64,000 bases of DNA from Burkholderiales bacterium (GCA_005798775.1 SYIM01000036.1:16378-80377), one strand, 5' to 3'; positions 8,966 through 19,410 are shown, numbered from the stretch's first letter. Notes: generated from the sequence alone by a model not told the origin. A program made the numbers and translations.

Positions 8966-9709
8966 CTAGTAGCCGCCGCCCGCATCAATAATCGACCCTG
9001 TAACGTAGGACGCTGACTCTGACAGCAGCCAGATGACGGCCTCCGCCACTTCGTCGGGACGCCCCATTCGCCGCATCGGGATGACCTGCTTCATTCGCTC
9101 CATGAGTTCAGGCGGATTCGCTGCATGGATGTCAGTATTGATGACTCCCGGACGAACCGCATTGACCCGAACCCCATCAGCCGCCACTTCCTTGGCCAGT
9201 CCGATGGTCATCGTATCCAACGCCGCCTTGGAGGCCGCGTAATGCACCCAAAAATTCGGCGAACCGCTGCGGGCAGCAGCGGACGACACATTAACAATGC
9301 TGCCACCAGCCCCCCCGCGCGACTGCGCCATCCGGCGAACCGCCTCGCGCGCGCACAGAAACGCACCGAGGGTGTTCAGATTGAACACAGCATTTAGCTG
9401 CTCCGCACTCACGTTCATGACCGTGCTTTGCCCGCCCGTCATCCCCGCATTGTTGACCAATCCCACCAGTTGCCCTTCGCGATCCGCTGCCTCGAAGCAT
9501 CGAAGGATGTCGTGCTCGCGACCGACGTCAGCGCACACTGCAACAGCATGACCGCCGTCGCGCCTGATCTCGCTTACCAGCGCTTCGGCATCACGGTGCC
9601 TGCTCTGATAGACCACCACGGGAACGCGTCCATCACGCGCAACGCCCCGGGCGATTGCTGCGCCGATGCCGCGGCCACCACCGGTAATGAGGACGACCTG
9701 GCCTGACAT
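8966..9709 (-). CDS. Short-chain dehydrogenase/reductase (SDR)
   Basis: ITGGGRGIGAAIA cofactor motif, NNAG, and YAASKAAL catalytic YxxxK. Confidence 0.9.
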   Translation of the reverse strand: MSGQVVLITGGGRGIGAAIARGVARDGRVPVVVYQSRHRDAEALVSEIRRDGGHAVAVCADVGREHDILRCFEAADREGQLVGLVNNAGMTGGQSTVMNVSAEQLNAVFNLNTLGAFLCAREAVRRMAQSRGGAGGSIVNVSSAAARSGSPNFWVHYAASKAALDTMTIGLAKEVAADGVRVNAVRPGVINTDIHAANPPELMERMKQVIPMRRMGRPDEVAEAVIWLLSESASYVTGSIIDAGGGY

Positions 9710-9745
9710 CAGCGCTCCTTAGCCCCCCGGCAAGGCAAGAGTCGG

Positions 9746-11737
9746 TCAGATGATTGTGCGGATGGCATCCTCGATCACCTTTTGCGAAGGAATGACCGCA
9801 AGCTCGAGATCAGGGTTGAACGGCATTGGCACGTCGGGCGCACCGATCCGGACCACAGGCGCATCAAGCCAGTCAAAGGCTTTCTCCATCACCATGGCTG
9901 CAACCTCCGCCCCAAAGCCACCAGTCTTGACCGCCTCGTGTACCACCACCAGACGACCGGTCTTGCGAACCGAGGCCAGGATCGTTTCTTCGTCAAGCGG
10001 TCGGATCGTTCGGGGATCAATCACTTCGACGCTGATGCCTTCGCGCTCGAGTGCGCTGGCGGCTGCCAGGGCACGCGCCACCATGGCAAGTGTTGCAACG
10101 ACCGTGATATCGGTACCTTCTCGCTTGATACTTGCCTTGCCGATCGGAATTGCATAGGGCTCGACAGGAACGGGCCCGACTGGCCCATGGTAGAGCAACT
10201 TGTGCTCAAGAAAGATGACCGGATTGTCGTCTCGAATCGCAGCCGTAAGGAGCCCCTTTGCGTCATAAGGCGTTGACGGTGCAAGCACCACCAGACCAGG
10301 AATATGAGCAAACCAAGCCTCGAGGCTCTGACTGTGCTGAGCAGCTAAACGGATCCCGCCGCCCTGCGGCCCCCGGATCACCACGGGCACACTGGGTTTA
10401 CCGCCCAGCATGAATCTGAACTTTGCCGCCTGATTGACGATCATGTCCATCATCTGGGTGACAAAATCAAAGATCTGAACCTCAATGACTGGGCGCATCC
10501 CGGCAATCGCAGCACCAACCCCGGCGCCGCTGAAGGTGGCCTCGGAGATGGGTGTATCCCGAACCCGAGCCTCACCGAATTTCTCCGAGAGCCCTTTTGA
10601 CACCTGGAACAATCCGCCGGTCTCGGCGACGTCTTCACCCATGACAAATACCGAGTCGTCTCGCGCCATCTCCTGATGCAGCGCTTCGTTGAGCGCCTCG
10701 CTGACAGTCAGTGTTCGCGAGCCTGTGGGCCCAGGCTCATGATGGGCAAGGTGTGGCCCAAGCACTGCAGCGAACATCTGGCTCAGGGTGGGCTCATCGC
10801 CCGCAAGGCCAAATGCCACCGCGTCGGCAATCTCCTGCTCGGCTGCCCGCCGAATGGCTGCACGCTGGGTCGCGAACTCCGTGTTCTCGTGCGCCCAGCG
10901 CTCGAAACGATGAATGGGATCACGGGCCAACCATTCGTCCATCGCAGCTTGGGACCGCGGGTCCGGCAGGTTGACGCGCAGGCTGTGTTGGGTGTGCCGC
11001 CATGTCATTGCCTCAATGAGTGATGGCCCTTGACCCGCCCGTGCGCGTGCGACCGCTTCGCCTGCCGCTTCATGCACGGCTAGCACATCGTTACCGTCTA
11101 TCGTCAAGCCCGGAATGTTGTAAGCCGCCGCCCGCGCAGAAATTCGCTCAACTGATGAGGTCTTCAAAATCGAGGTGTTGAGTGCCCACTGGTTGTTCTC
11201 GCAAACGAAAATCATGGGCAGCTTCCAGACCGCCGCCAGATTAAGCGCCTCGTGAAAGACCCCCTGATTCGATGCGCCATCGCCGAAAAACGCTACCGTG
11301 ACCTGATCAGTTTTGCGAATCTGGGAGGCGAGTGAGGCGCCCGCCCCAAGCGGCATGGTTGCGCCGACGATGCCGTTGGCGCCCAGAATATTGAGCGCCA
11401 TGTCAGCCACGTGCATGGAACCGCCCAGGCCACCGCAGTAGCCACTCGCCTTGCCCATCAGCTCAGCGAGCATCCGGTCCATCCGGGCGCCCTTGGCAAT
11501 ACAGTGTCCGTGACCCCGGTGATAACTTCCAATGTAGTCGTCGGGCCGCAGATGAAAGCATACGCCCGCCGCGATGGCTTCTTCGCCTGCATAGCTGTGC
11601 GCTGTGCCCTTGACAACGCCTGCCTGGAACAGCTCGAGCACCTTCTCCTCAAACAACCGGATCCGAACCATCACCGAGTAAAGCCGAGCGAGCGTCTCGG
11701 CAGGCAGGAGAGTCGCCCGGCTGCTCGACATGTTCAT
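9746..11737 (-). CDS. ThDP-dependent 2-oxoacid/acetoin dehydrogenase E1 component, alpha and beta subunits fused
   Basis: 663 aa. The N-terminal half has E1-alpha motifs (YHRGHGHCIAKG, GGSMH, FFGDGASNQG, ENNQWA). The C-terminal half has E1-beta motifs (VFVMGEDV, RVRDTPISEA, IEVQIFDF). Confidence 0.9.
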   Translation of the reverse strand: MNMSSSRATLLPAETLARLYSVMVRIRLFEEKVLELFQAGVVKGTAHSYAGEEAIAAGVCFHLRPDDYIGSYHRGHGHCIAKGARMDRMLAELMGKASGYCGGLGGSMHVADMALNILGANGIVGATMPLGAGASLASQIRKTDQVTVAFFGDGASNQGVFHEALNLAAVWKLPMIFVCENNQWALNTSILKTSSVERISARAAAYNIPGLTIDGNDVLAVHEAAGEAVARARAGQGPSLIEAMTWRHTQHSLRVNLPDPRSQAAMDEWLARDPIHRFERWAHENTEFATQRAAIRRAAEQEIADAVAFGLAGDEPTLSQMFAAVLGPHLAHHEPGPTGSRTLTVSEALNEALHQEMARDDSVFVMGEDVAETGGLFQVSKGLSEKFGEARVRDTPISEATFSGAGVGAAIAGMRPVIEVQIFDFVTQMMDMIVNQAAKFRFMLGGKPSVPVVIRGPQGGGIRLAAQHSQSLEAWFAHIPGLVVLAPSTPYDAKGLLTAAIRDDNPVIFLEHKLLYHGPVGPVPVEPYAIPIGKASIKREGTDITVVATLAMVARALAAASALEREGISVEVIDPRTIRPLDEETILASVRKTGRLVVVHEAVKTGGFGAEVAAMVMEKAFDWLDAPVVRIGAPDVPMPFNPDLELAVIPSQKVIEDAIRTII

Positions 11738-12330
11738 GTCATTTTCGCGTGTTGGCCCGAGATCCCGGCGGTAAACTGGAAGCCAACCCTCTTGACATGC
11801 TCAAGCGCAGCAGAACCGAATTTCGACTCGATATCTTGCCCAACGCTAGGCGCATAGATGAGGTCGTTCATGTCATGCGTGCCACCCGAGATCAGCACCA
11901 GGAGGTATGCGGTTTCGTCGCCGACGTTCTCGAAACGACGGCTGACCGCTGCCGGTACCGCAAATGTATCGAACGGCTCGAGTATGGTTTCGTATTCGCC
12001 CTTATCGCCCCATTGCAGCTTCCATTTACCACTCAGCGCCATGAAGGTTTCGATCGTCTTGGCGTGCATGTGCAGCGGCACGCCACCTCCAGGTGGGAGT
12101 TCAGCGATGATATTGACGTAATCTGGGACCTTGACCCGCGCCTCACCCCACGGCCCGTTATCAAACTCGGGCGCGGTGATTGCAAAAGCCGGTGCGGCCA
12201 ACATCTTGTAGACACCCTCGGGGATTGGGCCTTCCTTACGCTTTTCCCCGGCTCCCATGTATTTCAGTTTCTTGAATCGGACGATGCACTTCTCTTCAAT
12301 TTCTTCGGGCGTGTAATGCTTGCTTTCCAT
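11734..12330 (-). CDS. Cupin domain protein, function unknown
   Basis: 198 aa from the in-frame ATG at 12330 (GAGGAG RBS). GGGVPLHMHAKTIETFMALSGKW is a cupin metal motif. Its stop overlaps the E1 start (ATGA). Confidence 0.6.
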   Translation of the reverse strand: MESKHYTPEEIEEKCIVRFKKLKYMGAGEKRKEGPIPEGVYKMLAAPAFAITAPEFDNGPWGEARVKVPDYVNIIAELPPGGGVPLHMHAKTIETFMALSGKWKLQWGDKGEYETILEPFDTFAVPAAVSRRFENVGDETAYLLVLISGGTHDMNDLIYAPSVGQDIESKFGSAALEHVKRVGFQFTAGISGQHAKMT

Positions 12331-12361
12331 GACAGTCTCCTCGTTTATCTGGGGGTGATGG

Positions 12362-13249
12362 CTACTGCGGCTTTGAAGTTCGGGTGGCCGACTCGAGCAT
12401 TTCAAAAACGGCCGCAACTTCGTCGTCTTGTTTACCCTGGGACATCATTTTTCCAAACCACTCCAGTTGTGCCTTCAGCACTGGGGCGGCGAGCCCCATC
12501 CTGTCGCTCTCATCTCGAATGAACTGCAGGTCTTTCCACAAAACATGAGCGGGACCGGGCGCGGGCTTGAACTTGCGCTGCGCGATCATGGGCGCGCGGA
12601 AATCGAATACCCGCGACTGCGCGGCGCTTGGGCCGATCACCTTGATCATCAAGTCAGGGTCAAGGCCTGCCGCAACGCCAAACACGAAGGCCTCGGCAAC
12701 CACCAGACTGTTTGCGCCCACGATAAAGTTGGTGACCAGTTTGATCGCCATTCCGCTGCCGAATTCTCCGACATAGTAGTTCTTCGGGGAAAAGGCATTG
12801 ATCACCTCTGCCCAGCGGTCTGCAACATTCTTGTCGCCGCTTACGAACAGCACGCAGGCTTTATTCGCAACCATTGAGGGCGTGCCACTGATCGGGCTGT
12901 CGAGCATGACCGCCCCCGCTGGCTTGAGCGCATTGGCGAGTTCGGTCTTGAGCGTCGAAGCAAACGTACCCATTTCTATCACCGTGAGGCCTGGATGCGC
13001 GCCAGTCACGATGCCATCTACACCCATGAACCCTTCCACCATCGACGCTTCGGTTGGCAGACAGGTAATGAGCAGCTCACTCCTGCGGGCGAGTTCGGCC
13101 GCCGTCTCCACCAACTGTCCCCCGACCCCGACAAAGTCTTCCGTGCTTGGACGTCGCACCGCAAGCACTGGAAACCCTTCTTTAAGAAGGTTTTCGCCCG
13201 CCGCGCGGCCGATTTTCCCGAGCCCCAGAATGCCGATGGTTGGCTTCAT
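12362..13249 (-). CDS. NAD(P)-dependent beta-hydroxyacid dehydrogenase (3-hydroxyisobutyrate/tartronate-semialdehyde reductase family)
   Basis: IGILGLGKIGRAAG dinucleotide fold, DSPISGT, and GSGMAIKLVTN catalytic Lys region. Start at the in-frame ATG 13249. Confidence 0.85.
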   Translation of the reverse strand: MKPTIGILGLGKIGRAAGENLLKEGFPVLAVRRPSTEDFVGVGGQLVETAAELARRSELLITCLPTEASMVEGFMGVDGIVTGAHPGLTVIEMGTFASTLKTELANALKPAGAVMLDSPISGTPSMVANKACVLFVSGDKNVADRWAEVINAFSPKNYYVGEFGSGMAIKLVTNFIVGANSLVVAEAFVFGVAAGLDPDLMIKVIGPSAAQSRVFDFRAPMIAQRKFKPAPGPAHVLWKDLQFIRDESDRMGLAAPVLKAQLEWFGKMMSQGKQDDEVAAVFEMLESATRTSKPQ

Positions 13250-13435
13250 GCTGTCCCCTAGTTTCCCGTGCACCGCCGACACGACCATATCTCGATTGGT
13301 GACTAGATTGTTTTGCTTGGTTGATATTCGAAACTTGAGCCGTGCAACCAGCATGTTGTGTAATCGACTAATCGTATAACATGGCTTTGACCAGGGTATG
13401 AGTCGTCAATTCCAAAATATAAGGGGAAGATTCAA

Positions 13436-14611
13436 GTGAACAAGAACGGTGTCAATCCTCAGCGCCTGCGGGCCCTGATGTGCGTCTCGGCGCTTGCCGC
13501 AGCGGTCGTCACGACCTTTGCAACACCTGGCACTGCACAGGCTCAGCAGGCCACTGGCGAGCCAATCAAAATCGGCGCAATTCTCGCCATCACTGGCCCT
13601 GGCGCTGGGCTTGGCGGTCCGACCCGAAACGGCATCCTGCTCGCGGAAAAAGCGGTCAATGCCTCGGGAGGTGTCCGGGGTCGGCCCATTAGGGTGATCA
13701 TCGAAGACGACGCGAGCAATCCCGATAACGCACGCACCAAGGCCAATGCGCTGGTGCACAACGAAAAAGTGGTCGGCCTCCTCGGGCCCTCACAGATTGC
13801 CCAGGCGCTTTCCACGGGTGCCATCACCGATCCACTGAAACTTCCGCAGATCGTTCCCGCGGGGCTGTCGGTCCCGGTCGAGCGGGAGCGTAAGTGTATC
13901 TATCACGTACTCCCCTCCCAGGAATTGAATGCCCGCGCGCTCATGGAATACGCGGTCACTGCGCTCAAGGCGAAACGGGTCGGCGTGCTGCATGACTCAG
14001 GCTACGGCAACGCCGTGATGGGCGCCCTTAAGACAATCTCATCGTCCTACCCTGGCGTCGAGTTCGTAACGATTGAAAAATTCGAGATCGGAGCCACCGA
14101 TGTCACCACCCAGGCTGCCAAGGTCCGGGCAGCGAATCCCGATGCGGTGATGGTCATCGCCACCTCGGGTGTTCCGTTCCGCGCAGTCAAGCAGGTGCGG
14201 CTCGAGGCGCCGGTCATCGCCGCCATCGGCTCGTCGTCATACTCCTACGTGAAGGCTATGGGCGAGGGTGCTGACAACGTGGTCATCCCTGAATTTCTGG
14301 TGGGCGAAGACCCTCTGCCGCATCAAAAGGCGTTCGTTGACATGTATCGCCAGGAGTACAAGGAAACACCCAAGAACTTCGAGGCAGCTGGTTGGGACAT
14401 GGTGCAATTCATGGTCGCCGCCCTGCGTGCGGTCGGCCCAGAGGCAAAGCCGGCTGAAGTCTGCGAGTGGCTGCGCCGCCCTCACGCGGGCATTCTTGCC
14501 GACTATGATTTCCGCGAGTCCGACCTGACCGGCATGAAGCTTCCGAGCTACATCTACTCGAAGCTGGTCAAGGGCGAGTACACCCGCCTGCCGTTCCGCG
14601 TAGCGAAGTGA
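13436..14611 (+). CDS. LIV-type (family 4) ABC transporter periplasmic substrate-binding protein
   Basis: Signal peptide ending TAQAQ, then IKIGAILAITGPGAGLG, typical of Leu/Ile/Val-binding-protein-fold receptors. Confidence 0.85.
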   Translation: MNKNGVNPQRLRALMCVSALAAAVVTTFATPGTAQAQQATGEPIKIGAILAITGPGAGLGGPTRNGILLAEKAVNASGGVRGRPIRVIIEDDASNPDNARTKANALVHNEKVVGLLGPSQIAQALSTGAITDPLKLPQIVPAGLSVPVERERKCIYHVLPSQELNARALMEYAVTALKAKRVGVLHDSGYGNAVMGALKTISSSYPGVEFVTIEKFEIGATDVTTQAAKVRAANPDAVMVIATSGVPFRAVKQVRLEAPVIAAIGSSSYSYVKAMGEGADNVVIPEFLVGEDPLPHQKAFVDMYRQEYKETPKNFEAAGWDMVQFMVAALRAVGPEAKPAEVCEWLRRPHAGILADYDFRESDLTGMKLPSYIYSKLVKGEYTRLPFRVAK

Positions 14612-14618
14612 TGACTGT

Positions 14619-14635
14619 CCAGGGTCTTCCCCTGG
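14619..14635 (+). other. Short intercistronic hairpin CCAGGG-tcttc-CCCTGG between binding-protein and permease genes
   Basis: Perfect 6-bp stem read directly, 8 nt after the binding-protein stop. Could attenuate read-through or stabilise the binding-protein transcript. Weak. Confidence 0.2.
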
Positions 14636-14659
14636 GGCCAGGACGAGATTGAGCTCACC

Positions 14660-15547
14660 ATGACGCTCAGTCTCGTCGCACAGGCCGTTCTGTCCGGGGT
14701 CACCAACGGCGTGATCTATGCCCTGATCGGCATGGGACTAGCCGTCATCTTCAAGGGTAGCCGCGCCATCAATGCGGCCCAGGGAGAGTTCTCGCTGATC
14801 GGTGCAGTAGCAAGCGTATTTGCCATGAAAGCAGCAGGTTTCTCATACCCCGCGGCATTTGCTGTGGGCGCACTGGCTGGCGCTGCAGCGGGTGTCCTGA
14901 TCGACCTTATTCTGGTCCGGCCCATGATCCGACGTCAAGCACAGGAGGACGCATTCCTGTTGCTCACCATCGGGATCGCGTTCGCCATCTCGGCAGGCGT
15001 TCTGTTCTTCGCCGGACGCGATTACTTCACGCTGCCCTCGATCGGGTCCGACGGCGTGGCGATCCTGTTTGACGCCACCATTCGCTACCACGCGATCTGG
15101 GTCATCGGGATCACTGCGTTAATCGTGATCGCGCTGCGCGCCTTCTATCGAAAAACCACTATCGGACTTTCGATGATGGCGGCGTCGATCGATGCTGATG
15201 GCGCATCCACCACGGGCATCAACGTCGACCTCATGCGCACGGCTACCTACGGCATGGGTGGCCTACTTGGCGCACTGGCGGGGCTCCTGGTTGCACCTCT
15301 CGTACCCATCAGTTTTTATATGGGGCTGGTGTTCACCCTCAAGGGCTTCTGTGCCGCCATGATTGGGGGGCTCACCAACCCGATGGGTGCGATCGTAGGC
15401 GGGCTCATGCTGGGCCTGCTTGAATCGCTTGCGATTGTTTTTATCGCCTCGGCATACAAGGATGTGGTCGCTCTCACCGTACTGATCGTCATCATGATTC
15501 TTGTGCCACATGGCATCCTCGGTCGCGTCGGTCGGGCGGGCGGTTAA
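14660..15547 (+). CDS. Branched-chain-amino-acid-type ABC transporter permease (LivH-like)
   Basis: 295-aa polytopic protein; GVTNGVIYALIGMGLAVIF and INAAQGEF motifs. Confidence 0.9.
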   Translation: MTLSLVAQAVLSGVTNGVIYALIGMGLAVIFKGSRAINAAQGEFSLIGAVASVFAMKAAGFSYPAAFAVGALAGAAAGVLIDLILVRPMIRRQAQEDAFLLLTIGIAFAISAGVLFFAGRDYFTLPSIGSDGVAILFDATIRYHAIWVIGITALIVIALRAFYRKTTIGLSMMAASIDADGASTTGINVDLMRTATYGMGGLLGALAGLLVAPLVPISFYMGLVFTLKGFCAAMIGGLTNPMGAIVGGLMLGLLESLAIVFIASAYKDVVALTVLIVIMILVPHGILGRVGRAGG

Positions 15548-15551
15548 GACC

Positions 15552-16514
15552 ATGCGGCGCGTGCTGTTTGCTGCGAGTGCAATCCTGATCTGGGCAGTGC
15601 TGCCGCTGATCCTGCCAAGGCATTTCACCGATCTGCTGGTATTTGCCGCTATTTATTCGATCGCCGGCCTTGGCGTGGGGCTGCTTCTGGGACACTGCGG
15701 TATCGTGACGCTCGCCCAGTCAGCGTTTTATGCAATCGGCGCCTACGCGTCGGCGATTGTCACGGTGACTTTAAAGTTACCCATGGTCGTTGGCGTAGCG
15801 GCAGGACTCATCACCAGCGCTCTCATCGCTCTCGCGATAGGCTGGCCTGTTCTCAGGCTTCGGGGCTATTTCCTCGCGGTCGCCACGCTGGCTCTCGCCA
15901 TGATTGCGAGCGCGCTGTTTTTCGAATGGGATTGGCTCACAGGCGGAACCATCGGTCTGGGCGGACTCCCCAAACTTGGCGTACTCGGTGTGGCGCTCGA
16001 TACACCGCAGTCGTTCTACTACGCGGCCTGGGTCGTCGCGGCGCTTGCCATGGTACTCGTGCACAACCTGGTGAGCGGGCGTACTGGTCTGGCCATGCGA
16101 AGCATGCGTGACGCCATTGATGCAGCCCGCGTGCTCGCTATTGACATTCACAGTCTGCGTGTACAGATGTTCGTGCTTTGCGCGATGCTGGGCAGTCTGT
16201 CCGGCAGCCTTTTCGCCCACTACACGGGCTACGTCAGCGTGGCAAGTTTTTCGATCGACAAGGCGATCCTGTTTCTGCTGATTCCTGTCATCGGCGGTGC
16301 GGGTTCCATCGCAGGGATCATTGTCGGCGCACTTTTCATCACATTTGTTCCCGAAGTGCTATCCAAGATCGGAGACTTTCACGGCATTGTCTTCGGCCTT
16401 GCACTGGTGATTGTCGTGATTGCAGCGCCTCACGGAATCGTCGGTAGTATCGAACGCTGGTGGCACGACCAGCGCACGGGTCTTTCTTCGAGCGCAGCAG
16501 AGGGCCGGCAATGA
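15552..16514 (+). CDS. Branched-chain-amino-acid-type ABC transporter permease (LivM-like)
   Basis: Polytopic; GHCGIVTLAQSAFYAIGAY motif. In-frame ATG at 15552, just after the LivH-like stop. Confidence 0.85.
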   Translation: MRRVLFAASAILIWAVLPLILPRHFTDLLVFAAIYSIAGLGVGLLLGHCGIVTLAQSAFYAIGAYASAIVTVTLKLPMVVGVAAGLITSALIALAIGWPVLRLRGYFLAVATLALAMIASALFFEWDWLTGGTIGLGGLPKLGVLGVALDTPQSFYYAAWVVAALAMVLVHNLVSGRTGLAMRSMRDAIDAARVLAIDIHSLRVQMFVLCAMLGSLSGSLFAHYTGYVSVASFSIDKAILFLLIPVIGGAGSIAGIIVGALFITFVPEVLSKIGDFHGIVFGLALVIVVIAAPHGIVGSIERWWHDQRTGLSSSAAEGRQ

Positions 16515-17263
16515 CCTCGCTTGACGTACGTGAAGTCGGCCACAGCTTCGGCGGCTTGAATGTTCTGACCAATGTCAGCTTTGAGGTCCCAGCTGGGAAA
16601 ATCGTAGGGCTGATTGGTCCCAATGGATCCGGGAAAAGCACGCTCTTCAACATCATCAATGGATTTTTGGTACCCCGGACAGGGCGGGTCTCGCTTGACG
16701 GGACCGATCTTGGCGCCATGAGCGTTGAGGCACGAAGCCGGGCCGGTCTGGTCCGAACCTTTCAGACACCCAAGGTGTTTGAGCACATGAGCGTGATCGA
16801 AAACCTGATGGCAGGTGCTTACAAGCTCACCCGGTCTGGGGTGGTCTCAGACATGCTTCGCCTGCCAGGCGCGCGGCGAGACGCCGCCTCGATGCGCGAA
16901 CAGGCGCACGAACTTTGCAAACGATTCGGTCTTGAGCGTCTTCATGATACTGCTGCCGGACTGCTCACAAGCGGGCAGCGACGAATGCTTGAACTCGCTC
17001 GAACCTATGCCGGCAAGCCCCGGCTTCTTCTGCTTGACGAGCCCTCGTCGGGTCTGGCCGCCGAAGAGGTTTCGCAACTCGGCGAGTGGCTCAAGAAATT
17101 GAATAACGAAGGCATGACGCTCTTGCTCGTCTCGCATGACATGCAACTCATGAATGTGGCGAGCATAGTGCATGTGCTTTATTTCGGCGAGATTATTGCC
17201 ACCGGTGCAATGGACGACATCCAGCGAAATCCGAAGGTGCGCGAGGTGTACCTTGGCGCGTAA
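16511..17263 (+). CDS. ABC transporter ATP-binding protein (LivG-like)
   Basis: Walker A GPNGSGKST, signature SGQRRMLELAR, Walker B LLLLDEP. ATGA overlap with the permease gene. Confidence 0.9.
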   Translation: MTSLDVREVGHSFGGLNVLTNVSFEVPAGKIVGLIGPNGSGKSTLFNIINGFLVPRTGRVSLDGTDLGAMSVEARSRAGLVRTFQTPKVFEHMSVIENLMAGAYKLTRSGVVSDMLRLPGARRDAASMREQAHELCKRFGLERLHDTAAGLLTSGQRRMLELARTYAGKPRLLLLDEPSSGLAAEEVSQLGEWLKKLNNEGMTLLLVSHDMQLMNVASIVHVLYFGEIIATGAMDDIQRNPKVREVYLGA

Positions 17264-17286
17264 TACGTACTCACCACGGGGCGGCC

Positions 17287-18000
17287 ATGCTTGAGACACA
17301 TCAACTGGCAAGCGGCTACGGCAAGATGACGATCCTGCGCGAAGTCGGGATCCGAGTCGGTGACGGCGAGGTCGTAGCGATCGTCGGCGCCAACGGCGCC
17401 GGGAAAACCACTCTGGTGCGAACAATCTGCGGCCTGATCGCCCCAAGCGCCGGAAAGATCGTCAAGAACGGTGTCGACCTCACCCAACTTCCTACCCACA
17501 AGCGAATGCGGCACGGCATAGCAGTCGTACTTGAGAACCGGCGCCTCTGGGGCGAATTGACAGTGCGGGAGAACCTGCGACTCGCCGAAGTGAATGCTCG
17601 ATCCGCCTCGTCCTCCCGGATCACCTTTGAAGACACGGCCAAATTGTTTCCCGTCATCGCGGAGCGCCACGCCAGTCCGGTTGAACTGTTGAGCGGCGGC
17701 GAGCAGCAGATGGTTGCCATTGCCCGGGCACTCCTGATGCAACCCGATCTGCTGATCATGGACGAACCGTCAACGGGTCTTGCGCCAAAGATCGTGAAGG
17801 ACATCCTCCGGGTTTTAGGCGGTTTACGTGAACGCGGAATCAGCCTTCTGCTGGTCGAGCAGAACGTTGCCCTGGTATCCGAAATCGCCGATCGGGGTTA
17901 CGTGATGTCTGTCGGCCGAATCGTTCATACCGTCGGTCCGGGCGAATGGGCTGGCTTCCTGGCCGACGAGAAACTCGTCAAGGCCTATCTCGGCGGATAG
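17287..18000 (+). CDS. ABC transporter ATP-binding protein (LivF-like)
   Basis: Walker A GANGAGKTT, signature SGGEQQMVAIAR, Walker B LLIMDEP. Confidence 0.9.
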   Translation: MLETHQLASGYGKMTILREVGIRVGDGEVVAIVGANGAGKTTLVRTICGLIAPSAGKIVKNGVDLTQLPTHKRMRHGIAVVLENRRLWGELTVRENLRLAEVNARSASSSRITFEDTAKLFPVIAERHASPVELLSGGEQQMVAIARALLMQPDLLIMDEPSTGLAPKIVKDILRVLGGLRERGISLLLVEQNVALVSEIADRGYVMSVGRIVHTVGPGEWAGFLADEKLVKAYLGG

Positions 18001-18056
18001 GCACCGCCCCGAGGCCCCAGTGCCACGCCTGCGTCTCACCTGTCATAGGACCATCC

Positions 18057-19322
18057 ATGCCCACACCCGTGATCCTGCCTAGCCTGGGGCCGTCGATCGA
18101 GGAAGCAACACTGGTGAAGTGGCTCGTTCCTGTCGGGGCTTTCGTGCAGCGCGGTGAGCCGCTGTTAAGCGTTGAAACCGATAAGACGCTTACCGACATT
18201 GAAAGTACGGATGAAGGGTATCTGATCGAAATCAAGGTTGAGGAAGGCAGCACGATCCGGCTCGATCAGGAGCTCGCGGTACTGGACGATCGGCCCGCCG
18301 GCGGCGCTGCGGCCCGGGTGAGCGCACTGCCACCCGTCACTGTCGCACCGCCAGAGCCGGCTGCGGCCATCTTTACCAGCCCTGTGACAATACCGCGGCA
18401 GACAGTCGCTGCGGCAGCGAGCGAACCGGCCGAACTTGCTGCAGAATCAGCCCCGACCGGTCAGTCACACGCCTCGCCGCGTGCAAGGCGACTGGCGCGC
18501 GAATCTGGCGTACCCATCAACCAGGTTCAAGGCAGCGGTCCGGGCGGGCGAGTCATCGAGAGAGACATCACGGCATTTGTCGCGCAGGCGGTCGCTGGGG
18601 CATCGAGCGCCAGCATGCGGCCTCCCATGTTAAAACGATCTGAGCAGTCCCGTGACCTCCCCCTTTCCGCAATTCGTCGGTCGATTGCACGCCGGATGAC
18701 GGAGTCCGCGCAGGGCGTACCCGTATTCTTCACAACCGCCAAGGTCCTGACTGACCCGCTCACCGAATTCCGTTCGCAGCTTGCTCGCGCGCGTTCTGTT
18801 CAGGTCAGTGTCAATGATGTTGTGGTTCGCGCGTGCGCGCTCGCGCTCCAGCAACATCGCGAGATCAACGCGAGCTTCGCGGGCGATGCCATTCGTATCT
18901 TTGAGGACATCGATATTTCTATCGCGGTCGCAATTGATGATGGTCTGATCACCCCTGTTCTGCGCAATGCCGACCAGAAAGGGCTGATCGCCGCCGCCAC
19001 AGAAATTAGGTCACTCGCCGAAAAGGCCCAACGCGGGCAATTGTTGATGAATGAATACCAGGGTGGTACCTTCACAGTGTCGAACCTGGGTATGCTGGGA
19101 GTTGAGTCATTTACCGCCATCCTCAACCCTCCCCAGGCGGCCATCCTTGCGGTGGGCGGAATCAGCCGGGAAGTCTGGCTTGACGCCGGCGTACCCCGCG
19201 AACGAGGGGTCATGCGGCTGACCCTCACCTCAGATCACCGGGCGATCGACGGCGCACAGGCCGCCCGCTTCCTTGCAACGCTCAAAGCCCTGCTCGAGAA
19301 TCCCCTCAGCCTGGTTGTCTGA
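18057..19322 (+). CDS. Dihydrolipoamide acyltransferase (E2) of a 2-oxoacid/acetoin dehydrogenase-type complex
   Basis: Lipoyl domain with VETDKT, an Ala/Pro linker, the E3-binding segment SPRARRLARESGVPINQVQGSGPGGRV, and a catalytic domain with SDHRAIDG. Confidence 0.9.
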   Translation: MPTPVILPSLGPSIEEATLVKWLVPVGAFVQRGEPLLSVETDKTLTDIESTDEGYLIEIKVEEGSTIRLDQELAVLDDRPAGGAAARVSALPPVTVAPPEPAAAIFTSPVTIPRQTVAAAASEPAELAAESAPTGQSHASPRARRLARESGVPINQVQGSGPGGRVIERDITAFVAQAVAGASSASMRPPMLKRSEQSRDLPLSAIRRSIARRMTESAQGVPVFFTTAKVLTDPLTEFRSQLARARSVQVSVNDVVVRACALALQQHREINASFAGDAIRIFEDIDISIAVAIDDGLITPVLRNADQKGLIAAATEIRSLAEKAQRGQLLMNEYQGGTFTVSNLGMLGVESFTAILNPPQAAILAVGGISREVWLDAGVPRERGVMRLTLTSDHRAIDGAQAARFLATLKALLENPLSLVV

Positions 19323-19410
19323 CTCTTGATCATTTCAAAAACGCCATCTCCCTGATGGTCACCAAAAGTTCGTCCACTACGCTCACCCTGAATGCTGAAG
19401 GAGATAACGG

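Noticed and set aside
13250-13435. Direct repeat TAATCG..TAATCG and other short motifs in the divergent promoter spacer as a defined operator
   Set aside because: The repeats are too short and degenerate to distinguish from chance without comparative data. The region is reported only as the shared promoter spacer in the split-dehydrogenase finding (8966-21125).
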